This document shows, one piece after another, positions 40,604 through 50,591 of a stretch of DNA of 64,000 nucleotides (position 1 is the first letter of the stretch; each line of letters starts with the position of its first letter). The notes under the pieces were generated by a model. The model made no database searches and was not told the DNA's origin. It was given only the letters and a program-made list of their open reading frames with translations. This DNA is from Candidatus Bathyarchaeia archaeon (GTDB lineage: Archaea > Thermoproteota > Bathyarchaeia > TCS64): NCBI GenBank assembly GCA_050014495.1, contig JBEKDF010000006.1, positions 31,115 through 95,114 of the forward strand, written 5' to 3'. A program made the position numbers and the translations under genes.

Positions 40604-41020
40604 CTACAGATCCATGGATACTTCCCCTATAATTATCTCAAGTCCCTTTACTATTAGATCAAGGGACATATGAGGTTCCTTAGTGCACACCACCTGTTCC
40701 GGCAACTTGGGAACATGTATGAACCCACCGGGTATGTCCAGCTTTTTCCTTGCGATGTAGTCCATTAGATGGTAGAATATTTGGTTACGTCCGAAGGCAC
40801 CCGCAGAGTTAGAAATCTCTGTAGGAATATCACCTGCTCGTGTTTTTTCTAATAGCCTCCTTATCGGTAATCTAGTGAAGTATGCGGCTGGTCCCCCTTC
40901 GACGAGCGTCGCATCCATCGGCTTCGCCCCACAGTTGTATGTGGCCTTCGAAACGTCGGCTATATTGATGGCGACTCTCTCCAGATGCGCGCGCGTGAGC
41001 AGAATGACATTATTATGCAT
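40604..41020 (-). pseudogene. pcp: Pyroglutamyl peptidase I, internally deleted
   Basis: VILLT is fused via a GC tract to LERVAIN (roughly 70 codons missing). GPAAYF and GFIHVP are retained; catalytic Cys is now Arg (SAGAFGRN). Confidence 0.85.
40986..40997. repeat. Alternating tract TGCGCGCGCGTG at the pcp deletion junction
   Basis: Read directly. Confidence 0.9.
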
Positions 41021-41058
41021 CGCGTATCCTTAGAATCTGGTACTTAGACTATTTGGAC

Positions 41059-41538
41059 TTAGCCGATGAGTCGACCATACCTGTCTACTTCTTGTCGCCG
41101 GACACGGGTGCTGCTGATGGGTTTTCCGTCGTCCGCGAGGACCATCTTCATTACGAAGATGAGGAGAGGTTTCTCTCCCTTATTTACTCTGATTTGGTTG
41201 ATCTCCTCTGCCCTTGGCTCCGTCTCCTCGCTGACCATTATTCCCTCTATTCCGCCATCGTCAGTTGAAGGCCCGTAAGGATCATTAAGCGGGAAGATTG
41301 TGGCTCTCTTTAGGAGGCCTTTCTTGTGGAGATACTTCTTAACCTCCTCGAGACGAACATCATAGGGATCTATGTCATGTGGCTTTTTCATTGCGACTGC
41401 GAAACGGTCCGTTGTAATCCCTATAACCACCTTGTCAGAGACGTTAAATGCCTCGTCTAGCAACAGCCAGTGACCTTTGTGCATAGAGTCGAATGTGCCC
41501 GCGACGGTTACCATCTTGAGCCTCTGTTCCGACATCAC
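41059..41538 (-). CDS. coaD: Archaeal phosphopantetheine adenylyltransferase
   Basis: AGTFDSMHKGH, DPYGP, VSEET, INQIR, PISSTRVR. Confidence 0.9.
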   Translation of the reverse strand: MMSEQRLKMVTVAGTFDSMHKGHWLLLDEAFNVSDKVVIGITTDRFAVAMKKPHDIDPYDVRLEEVKKYLHKKGLLKRATIFPLNDPYGPSTDDGGIEGIMVSEETEPRAEEINQIRVNKGEKPLLIFVMKMVLADDGKPISSTRVRRQEVDRYGRLIG

Positions 41539-41722
41539 GGGGTCCTCTGGAGCTCTCTAATCCGAAACCCTCTGGGGAATTAAACTTGTTGGGTGTAGAG
41601 TAGGCGAGTGTGCACATCCAGGAACCATTGATTAATGATAACTCGATTAAGCCCAGGATAGGACGTACCCAATTTTTCTTGGGACCCTCATCTTTTTTAA
41701 TGAAGGTTTTTACCCTTAAACG

Positions 41723-42541
41723 GTGAGCACACTGGCAGAAACTAATGGATCCATTAAACGCGCTATGGTAGTATTTCTACTACTAGCGCCTTTGACCCTA
41801 GTAAGTGTATTCCTCTTCGATGAATTAGTAGCTCCCACAATTCCTACAAATATAATATTTCTACAGACCTCGAGGGTCCTCATTGTCCTCATGACTACGG
41901 CTATCGCTGTCTTCATCGTGAGGAGGACGAAAAAGTTCTTCTCCGGAAGACTTGGTATACAATCTGCAAATTTCTTCGAGTTCGTTACGATAGCGATTCT
42001 AATAACGATAGCAGTGTTTTCATTACTTCACGTTTTCAACGTCGACACTAACACTTTACTGATCAGTGGTGGCATCATTTCATTAACAGTTGGACTAGTG
42101 ATATCGACATTTGTAGGTGATACTCTCGCAGGTATGCTCGTTTTACTTTTAAGAATGTACCGAGTTGGGGACACTGTACTCGTAAATAACATTCCGAGCA
42201 CGGTGGAGGAGATGGGTGCATTTGTGACTCGGTTCAGAAACGACGCTGGGGGAATAGTTTCGATTCCCAATGTCGCGATTTCGCAGGGAGGCGTCGTTAT
42301 TACCCGGTTTTCTGATCTGGGTGGAGGTTCTTGGAATAGACTTCCTTACGTCGTAGGTGATCGAGTTTATACAACATACCTGAATGCTGAGGGGGTTGTT
42401 GTTGTACTCGATTCGATTCATACACAAATAAAACTTGATTCAGGTATGGAGCTATCGTTTTTGAATAACAGTGTCCTTTCGGGCTCCATTGCTGTCGCGA
42501 AAGTTGGGGAGTCTAGTAATAAAGAGATAAAGCGGGATTAA
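41723..42541 (+). CDS. MscS-like mechanosensitive channel with an extra C-terminal beta domain
   Basis: TMs, LAGMLV...YRVGDTV...IPN; second YVVGDRV...GVV domain. Confidence 0.75.
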   Translation: MSTLAETNGSIKRAMVVFLLLAPLTLVSVFLFDELVAPTIPTNIIFLQTSRVLIVLMTTAIAVFIVRRTKKFFSGRLGIQSANFFEFVTIAILITIAVFSLLHVFNVDTNTLLISGGIISLTVGLVISTFVGDTLAGMLVLLLRMYRVGDTVLVNNIPSTVEEMGAFVTRFRNDAGGIVSIPNVAISQGGVVITRFSDLGGGSWNRLPYVVGDRVYTTYLNAEGVVVVLDSIHTQIKLDSGMELSFLNNSVLSGSIAVAKVGESSNKEIKRD

Positions 42542-42756
42542 GAGCGAGCACTAAAAAAAGGTTAAAAATAGTGCTTGATTTCAAAAGCTAACCTGCGGTC
42601 AAGTTATCTCTTTAGTAATTTCGTTCTCACAAAGAGCTTAGTTTTACCGCATTGAATGGAGAATTTCCAAACAAACTAAGCGCGAACGATTAAAGTGTTT
42701 GAAAGAGAAAATATGTATACAAAAGGCTTCGAGAGAAATATGGGTCTGGACTAAAC

Positions 42757-43632
42757 TTGATCGCAAAGAGACTTGTTCTGAAGATTATCCTATCATTTAG
42801 TCTAAGCATCGCATTCTTCGTCTACGCAATATTCTCAGCTTTTAGAACTCTCTCTCCCACGAGCCTAGTATTTTGGAGGACACTCGGCTATACGAGCATC
42901 GGAGGCTTCGGAGCCCTTATCCTCGGTTATCTCTTCGTCATACTACTCGGTGGCAGATTTTCCCTACAATTAACGGAGTTTATCGCTCACCTAAACAATT
43001 CTAGACATGTAATAGAAGTAGTGGATGACGATTCTAGGCCAACAGGTAACGTAATAACAAGATACGCATTGTTCCTAATACCATGCCTCATCTTTTTTAC
43101 GTTAGTAACTCTTGCATGGGACATACATACCATCCAACCCGGCACCATAACGGACCTCCAAGCCGTACTACAAATCTTTGATGTTTTCTCTAAACCGTTG
43201 AGTGCGAACTCAGTGACGTACTCAATCGAGATCATCCCCATTATGATTCTTCTCTTAGCAATCGCTGGATTCATCCCTGCGATGGTTCTCCCATACTTCA
43301 GAAAGTTCAAGGTAACTGGAGTAAACGGGGGACCCTTCCAACTCGATCTCTTATTCACAATAGTTGGAGCCTTCACGGGGGTGAGTGTAATACTAACCCT
43401 GATGGGTTTCCTCTTCAACACCCTCTGGATGGGACAGGGTCCACACTACTACCACTTCGTGGTCCCAGCCATGATCGGTTTAAGCATAGACTTCTCCATT
43501 GGTGCCTTTATGGGGAGAAATCGGGCGGAGAAGATGGTAAAGAATATGCTGGAGAAAGGGGTAGGGGAGAGGATTTTCTTGGGGACCGTGGTAGTACATG
43601 GAAAGGAACACCGAGACCATTTACCCGATTAG
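42757..43632 (+). CDS. Hypothetical multi-pass membrane protein
   Basis: Long ORF with about 6 TMs; no family recognised. Confidence 0.7.
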   Translation: MIAKRLVLKIILSFSLSIAFFVYAIFSAFRTLSPTSLVFWRTLGYTSIGGFGALILGYLFVILLGGRFSLQLTEFIAHLNNSRHVIEVVDDDSRPTGNVITRYALFLIPCLIFFTLVTLAWDIHTIQPGTITDLQAVLQIFDVFSKPLSANSVTYSIEIIPIMILLLAIAGFIPAMVLPYFRKFKVTGVNGGPFQLDLLFTIVGAFTGVSVILTLMGFLFNTLWMGQGPHYYHFVVPAMIGLSIDFSIGAFMGRNRAEKMVKNMLEKGVGERIFLGTVVVHGKEHRDHLPD

Positions 43633-43747
43633 TGTACTAACCTAGGTACATACACATCTTGCACGTGAGACCACACAGCACGCAATCAAGGAAAGAAGTT
43701 TTCCTCACATAGTTGATTATAAAAATTATGTAGGCGTGAAGAAGAGA

Positions 43748-44137
43748 TCACTTATAGTTTCCAAAATTAGCGTGTGCTAACCTCCACCCCTTAGGTGTAC
43801 TCTCATAGACGAGGGTAACCGGGCCCTTTTGCGCCGCCTCGTTATTCGGACGCTTGAAGAACCAGATGGCACAGACTATGGCAGAGCCTCCGAAGTCCTC
43901 AACGTCCACACTCTCAAGCCACAGCTTGTTTGGCTGAACCTTTCCGCCTTTGACGAAGCCAAAGCCCTCGTGGTGCTTGACTAGCGCTTCATAACCCTTA
44001 ATGACTCCCTGCTTTTCGGAGGAGAAATATGTCACTCTAGCATCCTTCAGGAAGAGCTTCTCAACTTGATTGAGATCGTAGGTGTTCCAGAACTTTACCC
44101 AATCGTCAACAATACTCGCGTTGAATCCTTGAGCCAT
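43748..44137 (-). CDS. NTF2/SnoaL-like domain protein
   Basis: WNTYDL...LF...GYEAL...TLVY...GWRLAH. Confidence 0.8.
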   Translation of the reverse strand: MAQGFNASIVDDWVKFWNTYDLNQVEKLFLKDARVTYFSSEKQGVIKGYEALVKHHEGFGFVKGGKVQPNKLWLESVDVEDFGGSAIVCAIWFFKRPNNEAAQKGPVTLVYESTPKGWRLAHANFGNYK

Positions 44138-44192
44138 GATTGTTCACCCTTGCATCGAACTAAAGGCGTTTATGGTATGACCACGTTACCTA

Positions 44193-44202
44193 TGCGCGCG
44201 CG
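44193..44202. repeat. Alternating tract TGCGCGCGCG
   Basis: Read directly; intergenic. Confidence 0.85.
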
Positions 44203-44312
44203 AGGGCACAGCGAACCCGAGCCTCGTAGACGCCAATAAGACTGCAGCCAGGTGGCTGAGGTCCGTTTCAAGAAGAAAACTGCTTAATCCAAGCTGAGCC
44301 TACGGATCGTCG

Positions 44313-45569
44313 ATGAGCTTCCCTAAGATGGTCGAGGCTAGGCAGAGGATTGATCAGCCAATAATTGACGACTATGTCACCGAGATCAGGCGCCAGTTAA
44401 ACTCCAAGGGGCTCGCAAGGAAGATTAGTAAGGGTCAACGAATAGCGATCACGGCGGGAAGCCGAGGAATCGCTAACATTCCCGAAATTCTTAGAACAGT
44501 CGTAGAGGAGGTGAAGGCTGCGGGAGGTGAGCCTTTCCTCATCCCAGCTATGGGCAGCCACGGAGGGGCAACACCACACGGCCAGATCGAGACCCTCAGC
44601 AGCCTCGGCATTACCGAGGAGAGTGTTTGTGCCCCCATAATCAGCAGCATGGATGTCGACAAGATCGGTGAAATCAAAGGAACCCCTGTCTACCTCGACA
44701 GAAACGCACTCGCCGCCGACGGCATCATAGTCGTTGGCCGCATCAAGCCCCACACAGACTTCAAGGGTGAGATAGAGAGCGGCCTCATGAAGATGATGGC
44801 TATCGGTCTCGGGAAACAGAAGGGGGCGGAGATGATCCATCACAATCTCTACGAGGGGTACCACACCCTCCTTCCAGCCGCAGCACGACTCATCATGAAG
44901 AAGGCCCCCATAATTATGGGACTCGCCATACTCGAAAATGCCCGCCACGAGACAGCGAAGGTTGTCGTCCTGGATCCTGATGAGTTCGAGGCCGCGGAGC
45001 TCAAACTACTAGAGGAGGCGAAGAACCTCCTAGCCCGCCTACCTTTCCAGGAGATTGACGTGCTCGTCGTCGAAGAGATCGGGAAAAACATTAGCGGCGT
45101 CGGTATGGACACAAATGTCACAGGACGCTTCTGGATGCAAGGGGAATCTGACCTTCGTGCACCCAAGATCGATAAGATAGTCGTCCTCGACCTCTCTGAT
45201 GAGACACATGGCAACGCGATCGGTATTGGCCTCGCTGACTTAACGACTCGCCGAGTCTTCGACAAGATCGATTACCCCTCAACCTATGTTAATTGCCTAA
45301 CCCAGGGAACATGCGCGACTGGGAAGATCCCCATATGGCTCCCCAACGACAGAGACGCCATCGATACAGCCCTGCGAGTATGCGGCCCCATAGACCGGGA
45401 GAGGGCAAGGGTCATAATCGTGAAGAACACGCAGGAGATGGAGTACCTATGGATTAGCGAGAGCCTCGCTGAAGTGGTGAGTGAGGACAAGGAGCTCTCG
45501 AAGCGGATGGAACTTCTCGGTAAGCCACGTGAGATGCAGTTCGATGTCCTCGGCACACTCGTCAAATAA
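44313..45569 (+). CDS. Lactate-racemase N-terminal (DUF2088/LarA-like) domain protein
   Basis: GSRGI, PAMGSHGGAT, RIKPHTDF, ESGLMKM, GKNISGVGMDTNV. Confidence 0.8.
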   Translation: MSFPKMVEARQRIDQPIIDDYVTEIRRQLNSKGLARKISKGQRIAITAGSRGIANIPEILRTVVEEVKAAGGEPFLIPAMGSHGGATPHGQIETLSSLGITEESVCAPIISSMDVDKIGEIKGTPVYLDRNALAADGIIVVGRIKPHTDFKGEIESGLMKMMAIGLGKQKGAEMIHHNLYEGYHTLLPAAARLIMKKAPIIMGLAILENARHETAKVVVLDPDEFEAAELKLLEEAKNLLARLPFQEIDVLVVEEIGKNISGVGMDTNVTGRFWMQGESDLRAPKIDKIVVLDLSDETHGNAIGIGLADLTTRRVFDKIDYPSTYVNCLTQGTCATGKIPIWLPNDRDAIDTALRVCGPIDRERARVIIVKNTQEMEYLWISESLAEVVSEDKELSKRMELLGKPREMQFDVLGTLVK

Positions 45570-45755
45570 CCATGGGGATAAGGTACCAACACTCAAAGCC
45601 TGACGTTTAAGGACGCCACATAATCTTTACAGTGCGACCCTCATCGGAGGCCATTACCTAAATATAGGGAAAGAATTCACCAAACAGTACCCGATGACTA
45701 GTTCCTTACGTGAATTCGATGGAAACGCCCCGTTAATAATTTCTTAGAAATGATC

Positions 45756-46259
45756 TCAGCTGACTAATAAGAACTGAGCCTTTGGGGCACCGCAGACTAC
45801 ACATTTATCGGGGGCTGACCCTTCGACCGTATTACCGCAGACCTTACATACGTAGTAGTTCACGTTCGGGAGTGGCTTCTTAGTCTTTAGGGCCTCCAGG
45901 GCCTTCTTGTATAGGCCTGCGTGGACCTCCTCAACCTGATTAGCGACGTTGAAGCTCCATTCCGCCTGCTTATTCTTCTCCTTCTGAGCGATTGCAAGGA
46001 ACTCTGGATACATTTGACGATACTCGAAGGTCTCCCCACTAATTGCTTCATCGAGGTTACTGACAGTCATACCCACTTTCCCCGCTATCTTCAGGTGATT
46101 CATAGCGTGGACAGTCTCCGCTTCGGCGGCGGCTCGGAAAAGCTTCGCCACCTGTGGGATCCCCTCCTCCTCAGCCTTCTTCGCGAAGGCAAGGTACTTA
46201 CGATTCGCCTGTGATTCACCCGCAAACGCAGCCATGAGCTTATCAATAGACTCTGACAT
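45756..46259 (-). CDS. rbr: Rubrerythrin
   Basis: AFAGESQA, ETVH, EEVH, C-terminal CKVC...CVVC. Confidence 0.95.
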   Translation of the reverse strand: MSESIDKLMAAFAGESQANRKYLAFAKKAEEEGIPQVAKLFRAAAEAETVHAMNHLKIAGKVGMTVSNLDEAISGETFEYRQMYPEFLAIAQKEKNKQAEWSFNVANQVEEVHAGLYKKALEALKTKKPLPNVNYYVCKVCGNTVEGSAPDKCVVCGAPKAQFLLVS

Positions 46260-46414
46260 TCAAAGAACCTCATCTCTTTTCTTCTCTCCATGGTTGATAA
46301 ATGTTAGGAAGCGCGCACATGTCGCTTCATCCACAAGGTGTCGAAAATGAAGATAAAGCGAGTGCCCTCAGAAACGCCTTAAGCGGGGGCAGCTTCCCTC
46401 AATCTTGAGTACTT

Positions 46415-46582
46415 TTGGTGAGACTAAGGGGGATCTGCGGTAGAGAATTCGAGGCGGAAGTGGTTGATTTAGAGCTGTCAAAGTACCCCGAGTACGTCTG
46501 CAGTAGATTATGCCCCGAAACAATATGCGCCACGTATATGAATTACTTCTATGATGCCACCCACCACAACGACTCACGCTAG
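46415..46582 (+). CDS. Possible small Cys-containing protein (55 aa)
   Basis: TTG-start ORF MVRLRGICGREFE...CSRLCPETIC...DSR*, below the 60-aa track cutoff; followed by a hairpin. Confidence 0.4.
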   Translation: MVRLRGICGREFEAEVVDLELSKYPEYVCSRLCPETICATYMNYFYDATHHNDSR

Positions 46583-46587
46583 ACCCG

Positions 46588-46605
46588 ATGCCCTGAAAAG
46601 GGCAT
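46588..46605. other. 7-bp hairpin with GAAA tetraloop
   Basis: ATGCCCT-GAAA-AGGGCAT. Confidence 0.6.
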
Positions 46606-46668
46606 AAAACCAGCGGAGACTTTTAATTCAAGTCATCTCCTTGGGAGAAAAGGTTCAGGGACTGAAAA

Positions 46669-46915
46669 ATGGAGAAGAGGACGTACACTCCTATGGGCGT
46701 CTGCTCAGGTAAAATATACTTCACCTTACATGCTGGGAAGGTCGTTCACGTCGAGTTCATCAACGGTTGTGAGGGAAACCTGCAGGGAATCGCCTCATTA
46801 GTAGAGGGAATGGAGGTCGACGAGGTGATCCGGAGACTCTGGCATCGATTGCATGGGGAAGGGCACTTCATGTCCTGATCAGCTCGCACGAGCCCTCGAA
46901 GAAGCAGATGATTAG
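46669..46915 (+). pseudogene. TIGR03905 TSCPD-domain protein, frameshifted
   Basis: GVCS...GCEGNLQGI...; frame shifts at CTCT 46837-46840, and the other frame reads GIDCMGKGTSCPDQLARALEEADD*. Confidence 0.85.
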
Positions 46916-46964
46916 GCACAGCAGTCCGAGCCCAGATATACCCCAAGAGTATTCTACTCTCTTC

Positions 46965-47831
46965 ATGAGTTATCAGCAGAACTCGGGGACCCCGAGGGGC
47001 TTCGATAGACAAAAGAAGGCGAAGACAAAGAAGGCGAAGACTCAGCATTTAACTGGGACTCGCCTCAAGGAGAGCGGAACCCAGTCCCGTAAAGAGGTCG
47101 TGGACCGTACTCTCGTTTCACTTGAGACCCTCGGCTCCCAGACGTTCGCAATGGCCCCATTCCACCAACACTTCGCAAGGTGGTTGAAGAGCCTCCAAAC
47201 TGTCATAGATGACTTCGAGGTAAGTCAAGTTGTCGAAGTGGACGATAAGTTCAGGGAGGAGTGCACAAATCTCGTATCAGCGGTCGAGACAGCGCTGAAG
47301 GTTGAGGAAGCAAAGGAGGCGTCGAGAGAGGTCACCATAATGGGCCTTCATGGCTCCAAAGATTTGCTCTTTCATATGGAGCAGGAGCACAACGAGAAGC
47401 TAAGAGAGCAAGCTGCCCGAAGAGACGATAAACTCAAGGCATTGACCAGCGGCGTCGAGACACTTAGAACCGAGTTAGAGGAAGTCCAGGAATCGAAGGC
47501 GGGGTTCCTCGAGGGAATCACGAAGAATAAGGCGAAGAGGGAGCAGGACGCCAGATCGAGGCTCGTTGCAGCGGAGAAGGAGCTAGAAGAAGCTAAGACC
47601 TCATTCGCAGAGGAACTAGCGCGCATCCAGGTGGAGTATGAAAGAGAAAAGACCGTAATACTCGAGAAGGTCTCCTCCGAGAGGAGAGAGATTGATAGGC
47701 TCGTAGCCGAGGCGGAGATCGACGGCTCCATCGAGATCCGCCACGTCGCATGCGAGGAACTCGCTGAGTCTGTCAAGACCCTAATCAAGAGAGCTGAGGA
47801 GTCTGTCGCCAAGAAGATGGGGGACGATTAA
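46965..47831 (+). CDS. Coiled-coil hypothetical protein
   Basis: E/K/R-rich heptads; start placed at ATG 46965. Confidence 0.75.
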   Translation: MSYQQNSGTPRGFDRQKKAKTKKAKTQHLTGTRLKESGTQSRKEVVDRTLVSLETLGSQTFAMAPFHQHFARWLKSLQTVIDDFEVSQVVEVDDKFREECTNLVSAVETALKVEEAKEASREVTIMGLHGSKDLLFHMEQEHNEKLREQAARRDDKLKALTSGVETLRTELEEVQESKAGFLEGITKNKAKREQDARSRLVAAEKELEEAKTSFAEELARIQVEYEREKTVILEKVSSERREIDRLVAEAEIDGSIEIRHVACEELAESVKTLIKRAEESVAKKMGDD

Positions 47832-47840
47832 GCCCTGATT

Positions 47841-48923
47841 TTAGCTTATACTCCTTAGGGCCTTAGCTACTCCCAGGTGACCCTGCTTCTCAGATGTGGA
47901 TATTACAGTTTTCACATCAACTACCCTCGGCTTTGCGCCCCAGAGCCTGAGGAAGTTCCTCGAGTAAATCTTCTCAAGGGACCCCGTCGGTAGGTCGAGG
48001 CCTATGAATGGTTCCTTATAGCGTGTGAGCAGTTCATCGGCAGAATCAGGGGTGTAGAACTCCTCACTAGTTTCTAGGAAGTTACGGAGTATCCAGACTC
48101 GTGCAAGATGTTCCTCAACCGTTTTGCTCATGCCAATGTCCGTACCGAGTAGTATTCGATCCGCGTTGCGGGTGAAGAAGCGTCGCCATTCGTCCCTATG
48201 ACGGGATATATTGTAGACGAGTTCTATGCCGGGCGTGAGGTCGATGTATGCGTTGGGGTGACGAGTGAAGAAGTCGTCCAGCCTATCCATGTGTGGAGAG
48301 AGGAAAAGAAAATGAGGATAGACCACTTTGACCTTAGTGTGACGACTGAGAACATTCTCAACCTCTGAGTACAGCTCTTCGAGAGAGGGGTAATCACCCC
48401 GATAGTAACCCCAGCCACGTGATTTCGCCCAGGGGGGCGTCTGGTCCTCGCTCCAGAACTCTTCGGGGTCGCCCACATGGCATACGACGGGTAGATCCTC
48501 GGCCTCGCACGCCTCCCAGAACCCCTTATAGATTGGGGAGTCAAGTGGAGTGTGTCTATCCCTGGTGACGGGCTTAGCGCCCATCTCCCCTATGCCGTCG
48601 TAGCCGAGCTCCACGAGGGACTCGATATAGCTGATCCAGTCCACCTTATCCCAATTCTTCGCATCGAAGCTCCAAGGCACGTAGCCTCCGGCGTAGAATA
48701 GGCCCGGGTTTGTCGCCTTGAGGTAGAGGGCGGAGTGGTCGAGGTTCCCATAGAGGTGCATCTTATTCAAGCGTCCAAGTTTGATAGTCTCAGTAAGCTC
48801 AAGTGACTTGGCCTTGAGCGCAGCTTCATCCAGCTCATTGTTAGTTCTCCAAGGTGGCCAAGGGTGGACGTGACAGTCGACAACTGGCAGATTCCTGAAT
48901 TTTAGAAAATTCATCGGCCTCAC
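47841..48923 (-). CDS. Amidohydrolase_2 family protein
   Basis: VDCHVH, GIGE, CHVGDP, PHF, LLGTD. Confidence 0.9.
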   Translation of the reverse strand: MRPMNFLKFRNLPVVDCHVHPWPPWRTNNELDEAALKAKSLELTETIKLGRLNKMHLYGNLDHSALYLKATNPGLFYAGGYVPWSFDAKNWDKVDWISYIESLVELGYDGIGEMGAKPVTRDRHTPLDSPIYKGFWEACEAEDLPVVCHVGDPEEFWSEDQTPPWAKSRGWGYYRGDYPSLEELYSEVENVLSRHTKVKVVYPHFLFLSPHMDRLDDFFTRHPNAYIDLTPGIELVYNISRHRDEWRRFFTRNADRILLGTDIGMSKTVEEHLARVWILRNFLETSEEFYTPDSADELLTRYKEPFIGLDLPTGSLEKIYSRNFLRLWGAKPRVVDVKTVISTSEKQGHLGVAKALRSIS

Positions 48924-48967
48924 ATGACTATCAAAGTATCGTTGGCGTAAATGGTTTATCCGCTAAA

Positions 48968-50575
48968 TCACTCTGAGGTTACCCTTATAGAGTCGAAGAA
49001 GGCATCGGGTAGTGTGTCGACGTTGTTTATCACTCGAACCCTACCCTGTCTGTTCCCGAGGAGATTGAAGAATCGTGTGTAGGTTCTCTTGTTGGCGTGG
49101 CGGAATCCAATAATGGAGACGCTTGTCCCCGAGGCCTCGACCATCCTGATGACCTCGGCTGCCCCCCTCATATCGTTCGGCTCCCCATCCGTGATTACTA
49201 CTATATTCCTGCAGTTCTCGGCGTTTGAGTAGTATTGGGTGAGTCGGAGGGCCTCAGCAAGTGGGGTACCTCCCTTGTTCTCCAGGGAGGCGAGTTTCTC
49301 CTTGATGCCCATCGACCAGGGTTCCCGACACATCTTTACGATGTAGAAGTAGCCTTGGTTAAAGACGAAGATGGAGAAGTTCATCCTGAAATAGCTAAGG
49401 GCCTCCCCAATTATCACTATGGACTTTAGGTATTGCTCCTCGAGGGTCGAGATGGATGAGGACATGTCGAGGAGGATGGCGATATTGCTGCGGGGACTAA
49501 TCTGTCTCTCGTCGACAAAGAACCTTCCCTTCACGGTGTCCTTACGCTCCAAAAGGTAGGAGTCGATGTCGACTTCAGCACCTGAATAGTCGAGGGTTTC
49601 ATCCCATCCTGACTGCCATTTTCTTAGGTTGGCTATCAGCCTATTCGTGTGCATCTGTGTGCCTTGGGTGATACGGTAAGCGTCCTTCATGTATTCGATC
49701 TGCTTTATGGTTAACCCGTTCTCAACGCGTTGAAACTCCGCTTTTGCCTCGAGGTTACTCTGCTCCGTTCGTTTCCTCGCCTCCTCATCGAGTAAGCGAG
49801 CGTGTTCCCTCTTTATTGTTGAATACTCTTGGATTATTGACTTCGTTGGATTAACGATGTCTTTGGAGAGTTTCGCCTCTGCCTCCTTTACGTCGTGATC
49901 CAAGACATCTGAGGGGACGACCATACTCTCGACCTCGAACTCCGAGTAGCCTGGTGGTGGCCCATACCTCAAAACGAGCTTTTGAGTGATGTTCGTTGTG
50001 GCCGAGACCAATTCATCGAGAGTCTCAACGGCGCGGGCTTCTGCCACGATTTCCTCAAAGAAGGGCAGATCATATTTCGGCTGGATGTCAAACATAAGGC
50101 TCTTGAGGAAGCTCTGGTAGGCCTTCATCACTGGTTCGATGGATGGATATTTTAGGCGCTTCTCCGACTCAGCGACGAAGCCGCGTACATATCTTTGCTC
50201 AGCTACGTAGCCCCTGTAAGTCCTAAGCCCGATCTTCTCGACGCGATAATCTTCAACAGCGGTATGGACCCCAAGTATAAGTCCATGATACCCTGACTCC
50301 TTCATCTCCAGCTTTGTGGCAATTCCCTCTATCACCCGGGCTCTACCCCGTGGGCTAATGAGCTGAAGCATTGCGATGTGGAAGGCATAGAATCGCCAGA
50401 GTCGCCACCTAGGGAGACCGAGGAGGTTAGGGTAGAGTGAGCCATAATAGTTAGGTATCTCGACAACTGCTTCCTCTGGGTCACTCTTGAAGTCGTCACC
50501 TGTTTTAATGTGGATTCTCTTATTACCAGACCACGCCTTTATGCAGAAACCGAGGATGTCGTTGACAGATCTCAT
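48968..50575 (-). CDS. VWA domain protein (NorD/CbbO-like partner)
   Basis: VEDYRVE, G.EVDID, LLDMSSS MIDAS, GGTPL, ITDGEP. Confidence 0.85.
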   Translation of the reverse strand: MRSVNDILGFCIKAWSGNKRIHIKTGDDFKSDPEEAVVEIPNYYGSLYPNLLGLPRWRLWRFYAFHIAMLQLISPRGRARVIEGIATKLEMKESGYHGLILGVHTAVEDYRVEKIGLRTYRGYVAEQRYVRGFVAESEKRLKYPSIEPVMKAYQSFLKSLMFDIQPKYDLPFFEEIVAEARAVETLDELVSATTNITQKLVLRYGPPPGYSEFEVESMVVPSDVLDHDVKEAEAKLSKDIVNPTKSIIQEYSTIKREHARLLDEEARKRTEQSNLEAKAEFQRVENGLTIKQIEYMKDAYRITQGTQMHTNRLIANLRKWQSGWDETLDYSGAEVDIDSYLLERKDTVKGRFFVDERQISPRSNIAILLDMSSSISTLEEQYLKSIVIIGEALSYFRMNFSIFVFNQGYFYIVKMCREPWSMGIKEKLASLENKGGTPLAEALRLTQYYSNAENCRNIVVITDGEPNDMRGAAEVIRMVEASGTSVSIIGFRHANKRTYTRFFNLLGNRQGRVRVINNVDTLPDAFFDSIRVTSE

Positions 50576-50591
50576 ACAGTCACCCGTCTCA

